Origin: Macrostomum lignano
Lineage: Eukaryota
Reading direction: 5' to 3'
DNA length: 64,000 nucleotides
Assembly: GCA_002269645.1 (NCBI GenBank)
Contig: NIVC01000181.1
Location: forward strand, 647,693 to 711,692
Part shown: piece after piece, positions 1 through 8,225 of the stretch
How the letters are laid out: every line of letters begins with the position of its first letter
Numbering within the stretch: position 1 is the stretch's first letter
The notes under the pieces: model-generated
Database searches by the model: none
What the model saw: only the letters and a program-made list of their open reading frames with translations
Told to the model about the DNA's origin: nothing
Position numbers and translations under genes: made by a program

Positions 1-580
1 GAACAGATGCGTTCTGCAAGCAATTAACAATCAAGTAGGAGTAGGGCTCCCTAGTGGCGTCTTCGTACATTTGAACAAAACTTTTTGGGTTAGCGGGGAC
101 AAGCTGCTTTGCAATATGGGCGACTGTACTAACGTCCCGTACATTGCGGAACAATACAAGGTAGTTTGCGTTAAGGGATTGAGTGCGGTGCTCCTTGCCC
201 TTGGCAAACAGGTTTTGTACAAGGTACCAAAGCCGGAATCCCACATGGCTGACTTTGCGAGTGAAAAATGCGGTAAAAGCAGCGTTTTTTTCCATGGCTT
301 GCATTTGATCATCGACAACGAGTAGAATATTCGGAGCGGGAACATAGGTTTCAGGGTTAAATGTAGACGAGCGAAAATTGACAGGGTACGGTAATTCAAA
401 CAGTTCCGGGTCTGGATAGTGCCCAAACCAATCAACGCGAACAGGCTTAGGGTCCTGAAAAAACTCGTTTCGCAGCAATTCTTTAACAAGAGTTGTTTTT
501 CCGCTCTGGTTAACACCAGCAAAAATCGCCGAAGTATTTGGAGCAAACTTTAGAGCGTCAGGATCAATTGTTTGGTACAT
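1..580 (-). CDS. A32/FtsK-like DNA packaging ATPase, C-terminus truncated by the window edge (not in the ORF track)
   Basis: Manual translation from ATG at 580: MYQTIDPDALKFAPNTSAIFAGVNQSGKTT (Walker A) ... LLVVDD (Walker B) ... VQNLF ... RTQSLNANYLVLFRNVRD ... DATREPYSYLIV. No stop before base 1. Confidence 0.93.
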   Translation of the reverse strand, partial: MYQTIDPDALKFAPNTSAIFAGVNQSGKTTLVKELLRNEFFQDPKPVRVDWFGHYPDPELFELPYPVNFRSSTFNPETYVPAPNILLVVDDQMQAMEKNAAFTAFFTRKVSHVGFRLWYLVQNLFAKGKEHRTQSLNANYLVLFRNVRDVSTVAHIAKQLVPANPKSFVQMYEDATREPYSYLIVNCLQNASV

Positions 581-614
581 TTTCAGGGCGAGTTGACACT
601 CCAAATATTAAAAA

Positions 615-1052
615 CTATTTTATTTGTAGAACATGTTTTCGAACCATCAAATCATTTTCAAGCAGATTGGTAGAGTAACATTCCCTTAAAATCTTTTCAA
701 TCGACAACCCCTCTAAAAAGTGCTTTTCGGCCACAAAAATCACATGCGGCCCACACGCTACACTTAGAGGGTGTTGAACAGGGTGGCGATTCATAGCAAC
801 AGGTGAATGTACATGCTTCGAGATCCAAGCCGAGAGCAATTCCGGCACGGGTTCAATACACAGAGGGTCAAAAAATGTCACACTCTTATCATCGTGTAGG
901 CAAATCAGTCCCCAGTGGGTGCCTGGCAGATTACCCGTGTCAAAATTAATTACATATGCAGCAGGGTAAACAGGTGCAGGAATTCTGTCGAGAGGGCAAA
1001 CGTGCACTTCCACAGGTAGTTTTAAACACTCCAAAATTTCCAACGTGTTCAT
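615..1052 (-). CDS. Adenain-like (C5) cysteine maturation protease
   Basis: Catalytic motifs GTHW (His), FFDP (Asp) and QHPLSVACG (Gln, Cys); directly downstream of MCP. Confidence 0.93.
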   Translation of the reverse strand: MNTLEILECLKLPVEVHVCPLDRIPAPVYPAAYVINFDTGNLPGTHWGLICLHDDKSVTFFDPLCIEPVPELLSAWISKHVHSPVAMNRHPVQHPLSVACGPHVIFVAEKHFLEGLSIEKILRECYSTNLLENDLMVRKHVLQIK

Positions 1053-2332
1053 ACGTAGTCCAGAATGGGCTGGCGGCCTCTAGTGATTTGCACCGCGTTG
1101 TCAAAGTAACCAAACACCAAAACGTTAATCCCGGCAGGTAGGGCTGCAGAAAACTTTATCTGTAGGGTCAGATTCCCTCTCTCGCGAGGCATGCTATGTC
1201 CACCCAGTTCCATATCGGGCATTAGATTCCACGCAAATAAGCAGTAACCGGCGCGATAATCCGAATATGACAGGTCAATGTCCAAATCGCGATTCATTTT
1301 CCCTAGGCTCTTAAACAGCATGGCGTATTCGCGAGCATAGTTTTGGGCAGCGAACCTTGGAGTGAATGGTTGACCGCACAGACTGACACCGTCCTTGTAC
1401 AGGGCCACACTGTCAGCCCCAAATGGCTCGAAATTGAACGGATTATGGGTAGCCACCCCGTTATATGCGGCACTATTTACCATCCCCATAATGACAAGTT
1501 TAGGCTTCTGCTCCGGGAAAATATTATTGATTGACACGTCGCGAACTCCTACAGCGACAGAGGTGTTGTGTACAACGAGGCGCTCGATGGGGTAGACTGC
1601 ATTCTGAGTTGCCAGCTGTTCTTCAATCTCCAAGGCCAGTTGGGGGTTAGCCTTTACCCGACGAACGTGTAATTTTGCACTTTGAAGAACCAACTTTGCA
1701 TCAACCCCTTCGGCGTGATTCTCTACAACGAATCCCGAATTTTGCAGAGTGAGCGTAACCACCATATCAGTGTAGGGTAGCAGCATACGATCGTTGGTGA
1801 CAAAAAAGTCGAGACTAAGAGGGCCATACAGGTGAAATGTTCGAGAACCGGCAGCCATCGCCTTGCGAGTTACAAAGCCAGGATTTCCAACCGCAGCCAT
1901 TTGACCCCCAGCGTCTTTAGCGTAGCCCATCATCCGCAGTTGGTTAGACTTTGAATCAGACCCATAACTCAAGCATGTACGAATGTACGCCTTGTAGGCA
2001 TGGTTGTTGTTGCTAGACTCGATATGTGTACCATTTATGGAAAGAGACACGTTTTTGAACATGGTCTCCAAGAGGTAATTGATTGGCGCCACGTTTGAAT
2101 CCGCCGCCAAATCGGCTCCATTAGCTCTTTTAATACAACCTTTAATCTCGAGATCAATGTCATTAAGATCGACAAACGTCTCGCCGCCCACAATTCTAAA
2201 CTCAACCACACTCGCATTTTCGACGCTGGCAACCGGGTGGATTTCTTCAGTAGTTGAACCTACAGCGGCAATCTGGTGGGCTCGAGGGGCAAAGAGCTCA
2301 AACTCGGACTTTGTACACAGACACTCGGACAT
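1049..2332 (-). CDS. Double jelly-roll major capsid protein (Polinton PY/hexon-like)
   Basis: 427 aa. CTKSEFELF N-terminus, PINYLLETMFKNV, NPFNF and YRAGYCLFAWNL segments are typical of Polinton MCP; viral context. Confidence 0.9.
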   Translation of the reverse strand: MSECLCTKSEFELFAPRAHQIAAVGSTTEEIHPVASVENASVVEFRIVGGETFVDLNDIDLEIKGCIKRANGADLAADSNVAPINYLLETMFKNVSLSINGTHIESSNNNHAYKAYIRTCLSYGSDSKSNQLRMMGYAKDAGGQMAAVGNPGFVTRKAMAAGSRTFHLYGPLSLDFFVTNDRMLLPYTDMVVTLTLQNSGFVVENHAEGVDAKLVLQSAKLHVRRVKANPQLALEIEEQLATQNAVYPIERLVVHNTSVAVGVRDVSINNIFPEQKPKLVIMGMVNSAAYNGVATHNPFNFEPFGADSVALYKDGVSLCGQPFTPRFAAQNYAREYAMLFKSLGKMNRDLDIDLSYSDYRAGYCLFAWNLMPDMELGGHSMPRERGNLTLQIKFSAALPAGINVLVFGYFDNAVQITRGRQPILDYV

Positions 2333-2361
2333 GTTTAGTAGACAGACTCGATTCGGCGAAT

Positions 2362-2706
2362 CTAATTGAAGCGGGGCTTTTTATTTATAGTGCTGAAAAT
2401 GTCTGAATTGAGACGCTTCGGAGCCTTTTTTCTTCTTCGTCCGCTACCCCTTTGGGTAACCGTGTCTTTAAAGGCGTCCTTGGCAGCCTGAACAGAATTG
2501 CGCAGGACAGACTCCTTCAAATTGCCTCCTTGCTCGAGGCTATCGTTAACAGTAGTTGCTAGGGCTCTAGTACCATGACGGAGAACGTTTTTACCAAAAC
2601 TCTTTAGAATTGGCAGCGCGAAGCGGGCAATGCTTCCAAACAAACCGTTGCCCCTCTGGGCGCCCGCGAAAACAGGCAAAGCTCCACCAATCAGAATAGA
2701 AGGCAT
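2362..2706 (-). CDS. Small basic virion core protein precursor (adenovirus pVII/pX-like)
   Basis: 114 aa. LIGG adenain-type site, QRGNG and QRGSG motifs, basic tail RRRKKAPKR; lies between penton and MCP. Confidence 0.7.
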   Translation of the reverse strand: MPSILIGGALPVFAGAQRGNGLFGSIARFALPILKSFGKNVLRHGTRALATTVNDSLEQGGNLKESVLRNSVQAAKDAFKDTVTQRGSGRRRKKAPKRLNSDIFSTINKKPRFN

Positions 2707-2749
2707 GATTAAGCACTAGGATATAGTTTACTGAGGCTGTGCTGTTTAT

Positions 2750-3037
2750 TTATAGCTTCTTTTCGCGGATGTTAACGCTCAAGACGGTCTTGCCCCTCAT
2801 TACTTTTGTCATATCCCTGCCCATATCATCGTTAATTTGTACTTCAATAGTTTTGAATGGGTGCTTAACCAGCGGTAGATATGCCGGATTGACAAACTCG
2901 TAGTACTCGCGACCGCCCTGAACTTTGGGATCCATCGGTATAGCTCCCAACAGAGGAACTTTAACGTCTCCTACAATAACAGAATCGACTATGCTCGAAT
3001 AGATGTACATTGTTTGTATTCCACCGGTTAATTCCAT
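2750..3037 (-). CDS. Minor capsid (penton) C-terminal segment, in the -1 frame relative to the N-terminal ORF
   Basis: YIYSSIVDSVIVGDVKVPLL ... PAYLPL ... IEVQINDDMG is the conserved C-terminus of Polinton minor capsid proteins. Confidence 0.8.
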   Translation of the reverse strand: MELTGGIQTMYIYSSIVDSVIVGDVKVPLLGAIPMDPKVQGGREYYEFVNPAYLPLVKHPFKTIEVQINDDMGRDMTKVMRGKTVLSVNIREKKL

Positions 3038-3888
3038 TGATGTGGCTGCCCAAAGTCCGATATACCGAAAAATGGGGTTGTATAATCATGCTCTGGGAAA
3101 CCAAGCATGCCGGTCAAGCGCCCCAGCCCAAACATGTAATCCATCGAGCCAATGTAATAACACCTATTCGTAACTTCGCTGTATCCGAAAAAGTCCGTTC
3201 TAGGTGCTGGAGCCGCTATGAGATCTTTGATCCGTTTCCAAATTAAATTGTTGAGTTCCTCCACCATTCTTTTAGGTGTACTATAGTATCCTCCCTGCAT
3301 AAAAAATATTTGATCAGACGCTGCGCTAGTAACTTGTCTTATTATTGGAGCATGGTCCATTGACTGCACAGTCGGTTCCTCAACAACTGCGGTGATGGAG
3401 GCTGCACACCCCGCGTGTAATACGAGTTCAGTAGGTAGATCCTCATTAGACTCGAAGCCGGCGACTAGTTTAAACACCTTGGGTAGGGTATCCGGGAATT
3501 TGATGCCGACGGTGGATTTTGAAGTATTCACAATCATAAAGGCGGTTGGGGATGTTCTTAAAAAGACAATTTTCTTATTATCCCCTTCAACGTATCGGAT
3601 ACCGTTTAGAAAGCCGGAAATACATTCTTCAGGGGTTTTCAGACCCGCTGCGAGACAAAGGTTTGCAAACGACGAAGCCGTCAAGAGGCCCTCCTGTTCG
3701 CGAATGGTGATCGGTATAGATTTTTTGAAAGATTCAAATTCTTTGGTAAAGTAGATCCGTTCGAGGCAAACCTCATGATTCGGAAAGTGGAGAGTGTCCG
3801 GTAAATTAATAAAATAATGAGCCGGATTATTTTCGGGATAGTGCTCGGGGCACGCATTGCTAGGCAGAAAGAGATGCATGGTAGCCAT
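3028..3888 (-). CDS. Minor capsid (penton) N-terminal segment
   Basis: LFLPSNACPEHYPENNPAHYFINLP ... EVCLERIYF, GGYYST ... ELNN and MLGF motifs. Confidence 0.8.
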   Translation of the reverse strand: MATMHLFLPSNACPEHYPENNPAHYFINLPDTLHFPNHEVCLERIYFTKEFESFKKSIPITIREQEGLLTASSFANLCLAAGLKTPEECISGFLNGIRYVEGDNKKIVFLRTSPTAFMIVNTSKSTVGIKFPDTLPKVFKLVAGFESNEDLPTELVLHAGCAASITAVVEEPTVQSMDHAPIIRQVTSAASDQIFFMQGGYYSTPKRMVEELNNLIWKRIKDLIAAPAPRTDFFGYSEVTNRCYYIGSMDYMFGLGRLTGMLGFPEHDYTTPFFGISDFGQPHQWN

Positions 3889-3891
3889 GCA

Positions 3892-4971
3892 TTAGTTATT
3901 ATTACGTTGACGTATATTTATAACTTCATTTACAGGTACAAATGAATTAAAAGTGTCGGGATAACCGCGCCAGCTAACGTAATGGTGCGCAACACCATTT
4001 ATTAACACGTTTCTACGCAAAACTTTATTGATTACAAAACGCTCGGGTCGGGTAGATTTGGACAGTTCATTGTAGTAAAACCGTCCCTCAATCACTTCAC
4101 CAGACAAATCAGAAATACGATAAAAATGTGGGGGTCCAGGACAAACTTTGGATATAATGTACACCTCCTCACTATACATGTCGTACGCCTCCTTGTCGAA
4201 TGCCCGGCGAGATTTCGAAATTCTCACAAAATCCCCCTTTTTATATACGGGGTCGTCTTTTTGCTGATCCGGGTAGAGCTTTTCCCACACACGCTTCTGA
4301 TTGTGGAACCCTACACTTGACGGTTTCATCTCAATAGTAGAATGCGTCGTGTTGTTGTAATTACCTACCAAATTGGGTAAGTAGTCAACCCAACGCCACG
4401 TGTTGTTGTGCTCAAAGTAGCGAGCCAGACGCTTTCGAAGAGTTCTAATCAGCCTCTCGGCCATGTTTGCCTTGTACACAGAGTTGGTGCTGTACATTTT
4501 AACATTATTGTCTTTTAGTATGCGGCGCATTCGCTGATTATAAAACTCGGTACCCCGATCCACGTGCAGGTAAAGGGGGCGGGCAGGGAAATCATTCGCC
4601 AACATTGACTCAAACGCTGCGGGGGTATCACTCTTTAGTTTAATTGCCCTACAAAAAGCCTGCTTACTAAGCACATCAATAACAACTAGTATATATTTAT
4701 GTCCGTCATTCCAACGTTTGTATCGCGACATGTCCATCAAATCGGCTTGTAGAGTTTCCATGAATCCTCCCGACATTACTTTTCCCGTTTTAAATGTCCT
4801 GTTGACTCTCCGGTGACGGGTGTAACTCGGTTGGGTTTCTAGCCATTCCCTGGTTTGGCGTCTTGTCAGGTTTGGCGCCAGACGTTTGGCCTCCTGATAG
4901 ACACGGGCAGCATTTGAAAAAGCGGCGGCTCCTTGTTCGTAAACTCGACGAAGAGCGGTTAGAGCCCTCAT
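3892..4971 (-). CDS. int: Retroviral-like (rve) DDE integrase with C-terminal chromodomain
   Basis: QADLMDM (D), VDRGTEFYN (D), AERLIRTL (E), YKKGDFVRISK, chromodomain YVSWRGYPDTFNSFVP. First ATG is at 4971; the track start is a GTG. Confidence 0.95.
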   Translation of the reverse strand: MRALTALRRVYEQGAAAFSNAARVYQEAKRLAPNLTRRQTREWLETQPSYTRHRRVNRTFKTGKVMSGGFMETLQADLMDMSRYKRWNDGHKYILVVIDVLSKQAFCRAIKLKSDTPAAFESMLANDFPARPLYLHVDRGTEFYNQRMRRILKDNNVKMYSTNSVYKANMAERLIRTLRKRLARYFEHNNTWRWVDYLPNLVGNYNNTTHSTIEMKPSSVGFHNQKRVWEKLYPDQQKDDPVYKKGDFVRISKSRRAFDKEAYDMYSEEVYIISKVCPGPPHFYRISDLSGEVIEGRFYYNELSKSTRPERFVINKVLRRNVLINGVAHHYVSWRGYPDTFNSFVPVNEVINIRQRNNN

Positions 4972-5140
4972 TGACAACAAGTGTGGATGCACAGCATGAA
5001 TAGTTGCACGTAATGTCGGCTGGGGAGTTGTCTACACAAAGCTTTGATGCGGCGGCTGCTGCGCCCATGACCGCCGGGCGCGGTTATGTATGGATTAGGG
5101 TTCTATTTATAAAGAGTATCGTATTTTCTTCCGGGCGGTC

Positions 5141-5722
5141 TTAGTTGGTAATCGTGATATTTACCCATCCCGGCACCTTGATCCACAAGTTGGGCATAGC
5201 ATTTACACCTTTGTTGCGCGTGGTCGTTAAATCGCGGGTGTCTGTCGCAATTGTGTGCTCATATTCATCGCGGTAATCATCGGTACCAACCATATGGTCA
5301 ACCTTCTTTTCCTCCACAGGGAGCTGTTTCCGACCGAGCATAGACATTGGTATACGGGCCTTGTCTAGCAGAGCCCAGAAAGCGGTCGAATATTTCGGGT
5401 GATTATTAGTGTTGGTGGTGACGGCTTGTAGAAGATCAAAAACGTTGCTGCCACCCCAAGTTTCACCATCAAAAACGACTTCCCACGATTGGTTGTAATT
5501 TAGGCTGGGGTGCTTTTCTGTTAGTATATTCCATATACGTTGTTGCCTATCAGAAAATAGCTGCTTTGTCGTCTTTTGGGGTTTTACTTTAGCCAATTGG
5601 GTCTGTAGCTTTGCATTGTACTCTACAAGTTTTTCGTACTCCGATTTTGGGGCAATTTCTCGCGGAGTACCCTGTCTAAGCTGATTGAATTCCTCCTCGG
5701 GGACCACAACGTACTTGTCCAT
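5141..5722 (-). CDS. Polinton-type conserved hypothetical protein
   Basis: MDKYVVVPEEEFNQL start; WEVVFDGETWGGSNVFDLL ... FWALLDKARIP resembles a recurrent Polinton ORF (recalled, not searched). ATG lies 2 nt after the upstream stop. Confidence 0.6.
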   Translation of the reverse strand: MDKYVVVPEEEFNQLRQGTPREIAPKSEYEKLVEYNAKLQTQLAKVKPQKTTKQLFSDRQQRIWNILTEKHPSLNYNQSWEVVFDGETWGGSNVFDLLQAVTTNTNNHPKYSTAFWALLDKARIPMSMLGRKQLPVEEKKVDHMVGTDDYRDEYEHTIATDTRDLTTTRNKGVNAMPNLWIKVPGWVNITITN

Positions 5723-5724
5723 TT

Positions 5725-6087
5725 TCAACGTCGTTGTCCTAGCAGACCGCCAAACAGTCCAGTGATTAACGGAGCAGCAATCTTGGCGAGAATTGGTAGG
5801 AATCCTCCAACTTGAGGGTCCGATAGTATCATATTCTTCTTCCTATTTATAGACAGTTTTTTGTCGGCCATGTCATGCAGGGCTTCTCTATAACGTTTCA
5901 ACCTTGCAAACTGTCTAGGGGATAGATCGATATTGCCCTTGAGTACATTGTGGCTTAACTCGCACAGACACTGCATCAACTCATTATCGGCTCCCCTAAT
6001 AATGGCCCTCCTTCGATGTGGTCGCGCGTCACCGAGCTCCTCTAGCTCGCGACGGCAAGAACAAAGACGAGAAATTCCGTTTGTCAT
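5725..6087 (-). CDS. Small virion protein precursor with adenain site and amphipathic C-terminus (pVI/pX-like membrane-active protein)
   Basis: CLCELSHNVLKGNIDLS ... KKNMILSDPQVGG/FLPILAKIAAPLITGLFGG/LLG. Probable start is MTNG at 6087. Confidence 0.65.
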   Translation of the reverse strand: MTNGISRLCSCRRELEELGDARPHRRRAIIRGADNELMQCLCELSHNVLKGNIDLSPRQFARLKRYREALHDMADKKLSINRKKNMILSDPQVGGFLPILAKIAAPLITGLFGGLLGQRR

Positions 6088-6152
6088 TATTAAGGTGGTA
6101 AGCATTGCGTGCATACATGTGCATATTTTGTTTATTTATAAGCAAAGCATAA

Positions 6153-6671
6153 TTAGAGTTGCAGAATAGCAGTCACGTGGTCGTACATTTTACACAGTTC
6201 GTCATAGTTTCGTATTCCTAGGAACACTAACCGACCATTCTTTCCGCACAGCAGGCACTTGGCCTTGCGGAATGGGGACTTTATTACAAGCCCATTGAAT
6301 ACCTCACTCTCCCACTCAACCCAGCGCGAGCTCGAGTTGGCAAGGCGGAAAAAGTTTGGCTTAACATTAACTTCTGCACGATAAGTACCGGTAGTGATAA
6401 CAACAGAGTTTGGTTTACATTGAGCAAAAAGACGCAGCACATCGTTGGTTGATTGGCAACCAAAAACAATGGCAGATAATGAACGTTTGAAAAAGTTTAT
6501 TGTACACTTTCCGATCCTCAGGTTGTACAATGCCCGGGGTCTATGAAACGTTCTAGCGCGCGCCCAGTCCAAGTTCGGTAGGTGGTTCCACCTTGCGCAA
6601 AACACCCTGTTTACGCACACGACGTTCTGCAAGCGGTTTTTTCGGTTGCTTTTGTTTCCGCTCAGCTCCAC
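6153..6671 (-). CDS. Divergent TATA-binding protein (TBP)-like protein; no in-frame ATG at its 5' end
   Basis: Two-repeat TBP pattern: LQNVV; CTINFF..SAIVFGCQS; WESEVFNGLVIK; KCLLCGKNGRLVFLGIRNYDELCKMYDHVTAIL. Compare human TBP (recalled): LQNIV, [60 protein letters not shown]. Confidence 0.72.
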   Translation of the reverse strand: MELSGNKSNRKNRLQNVVCVNRVFCARWNHLPNLDWARARTFHRPRALYNLRIGKCTINFFKRSLSAIVFGCQSTNDVLRLFAQCKPNSVVITTGTYRAEVNVKPNFFRLANSSSRWVEWESEVFNGLVIKSPFRKAKCLLCGKNGRLVFLGIRNYDELCKMYDHVTAILQL

Positions 6672-7233
6672 CAGCTCCGCGCTTGCGTCCTACCTTGATT
6701 TTTAACGGTGGAATCCAGTAGCAGCGGTCAAACGCCTGCTTGGGAGCTTCTATGAATTGCAGTTGTTGAATTTTTGGTACCGCGGTTAGAACCGAGTCGT
6801 GAATCACCGCCGTGTCTAGGGCGAACAGTACTCTATAGTAGCCCGTCTTGTTCTTGTAGTCGGTGCACAACTTGCCGCTCTTGTCGTACATTTTAAAGTC
6901 GTGAGCCAATCCGAATGCAGCGCTGTCGCAGCCAAAAGTGGGGTTGTACCCCAATAGCGCCATTCCTTGGATAGAGAGCTGGTGACACACGGAATTGAAC
7001 GCTTCTGGTATGCAGCTCTCCAAGTGCTTTTGGGAAAGAATGATGAATTCGCGGCCTTCATTGTCGGTTCTCACACCCTTGACAATCAGTACGGGCGTCG
7101 CATTGGCAAGATAGAGAGGGCCCTGTTCGTCGTACTCAATGTCGTACGTCTCGGTTCCGTTGTAGCTTGGACCTCTCGACTTGAGAGAGAATAGGTCGAT
7201 CCTAACACTATTGTAGTCTTGAACGGTATCCAT
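6553..7233 (-). CDS. Putative OB-fold single-stranded DNA-binding protein (large-DNA-virus/T7 gp2.5-like) with basic tail
   Basis: IEYDEQGPLYLANATP..VKGV, FKMYDKSGK and VPKIQQLQFIEAP pattern resembles viral SSBs. First ATG is at 7233. Confidence 0.5.
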   Translation of the reverse strand: MDTVQDYNSVRIDLFSLKSRGPSYNGTETYDIEYDEQGPLYLANATPVLIVKGVRTDNEGREFIILSQKHLESCIPEAFNSVCHQLSIQGMALLGYNPTFGCDSAAFGLAHDFKMYDKSGKLCTDYKNKTGYYRVLFALDTAVIHDSVLTAVPKIQQLQFIEAPKQAFDRCYWIPPLKIKVGRKRGAGGAERKQKQPKKPLAERRVRKQGVLRKVEPPTELGLGAR

Positions 7234-7325
7234 GTTGCTGCTGCTGTTGCTGAGAGTGGGTCTCACACCCTGAGCGCCTCCTTATATACCCTTGGGGCGG
7301 AGGGTGGGGTGGCTGGGCGTTTTTG

Positions 7326-7841
7326 TTATAGTGCTTCTTTAACGACACTTTCCGGTGTTGGAAATCCGGAAAAAATAAACCTTTTGTTTCGATCTTCTGG
7401 TCGAGGGGTTTGAGGCGTGTCGTTAATGCAGCTGCAGTGAGGGTTGATAGTCAACTTCGCTAGCACTGGTCTACTGTGTTTAGGTCGCCAAATCCTTTGG
7501 TGTTCTGTCCACGAGGGAGCAATCGGCTGGTGATTCCGGTACCGTATTTTCTCACGATGATCCTCTTGTAATATTGGGGCAATTATCTGCTCCATTCTTT
7601 GAAGATTGGCTTTGAAATGCATCTTGTCTCTAAAGTAGTAGTCAATTCGGGCATCTGTATATTCTTGGGTGCTGTAAGGCCCTTGCCCAATTTCGTCTAC
7701 CTCGACATTAAAGGTGACTAATCGTTCGGGAATTGGTTTGCCGTGACAAATGCATAACCAGTCTGTGGACTTTTTCAGGGTCTCGTACTCTGCCCTTTCT
7801 TTGCTCGATAAAAGCGGGTAGTCTCGAGAAATCCAGCTCAT
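7326..7841 (-). CDS. Hypothetical viral protein (171 aa)
   Basis: Intact ORF tightly packed between neighbours with an ATGA overlap at 7838-7841; no motif recognised. Confidence 0.6.
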   Translation of the reverse strand: MSWISRDYPLLSSKERAEYETLKKSTDWLCICHGKPIPERLVTFNVEVDEIGQGPYSTQEYTDARIDYYFRDKMHFKANLQRMEQIIAPILQEDHREKIRYRNHQPIAPSWTEHQRIWRPKHSRPVLAKLTINPHCSCINDTPQTPRPEDRNKRFIFSGFPTPESVVKEAL

Positions 7842-8191
7842 TCCTCTGACTCGTCAGATTCGTCGAGAAAGAAATAGTGGAAGAAATTGTCGACTCTATT
7901 CTTTTCAACTGCACAAAGTATTTTGTCTGACAGGTGAAATTCGCAGTCTCCTTTTACGTACAGGCGCTTCCCGTCGATAACTTTGATAGATGCGCCGCCT
8001 CCGAGATCGTAATCTGTGCAGCTAGTGCCCAGAAATTTCATTCGATGCCATTGTGCTCGACTAAACACGGCTCCTGGACAGCTACAGTTTTGACAGTGGA
8101 TGCGGAAACGCGGTTTGTTTGGGTCCCAATATCCCACTTCCAGCACTGCGTTGTCAACGTGGGTGTACACTATTTCCGATTGCCAGTACAT
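7838..8191 (-). CDS. PC4/Sub1-like ssDNA-binding transcription coactivator-like protein (possibly two tandem PC4 units)
   Basis: LEVGYWDPNKPRFRI ... GAVFSRAQWHRMK resembles PC4 VSVRDFKGKVLIDIR ... GISLNPEQWSQLK; second unit DLGGGASIKVIDGKRLYV ... LSDKIL; acidic tail. Confidence 0.55.
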   Translation of the reverse strand: MYWQSEIVYTHVDNAVLEVGYWDPNKPRFRIHCQNCSCPGAVFSRAQWHRMKFLGTSCTDYDLGGGASIKVIDGKRLYVKGDCEFHLSDKILCAVEKNRVDNFFHYFFLDESDESEE

Positions 8192-8225
8192 TTCGATATT
8201 GTTGAGAAATACCAATTTTATTTAT

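Noticed and set aside
31-546. 171-aa minus-strand ORF in the track
   Set aside because: Shadow frame; the real ATPase is in another minus frame starting at 580
3045-3064. 20-nt GT..AG segment that would restore the penton frame
   Set aside because: Too short for a typical metazoan spliceosomal intron; a 56-nt alternative would delete the conserved LGF motif
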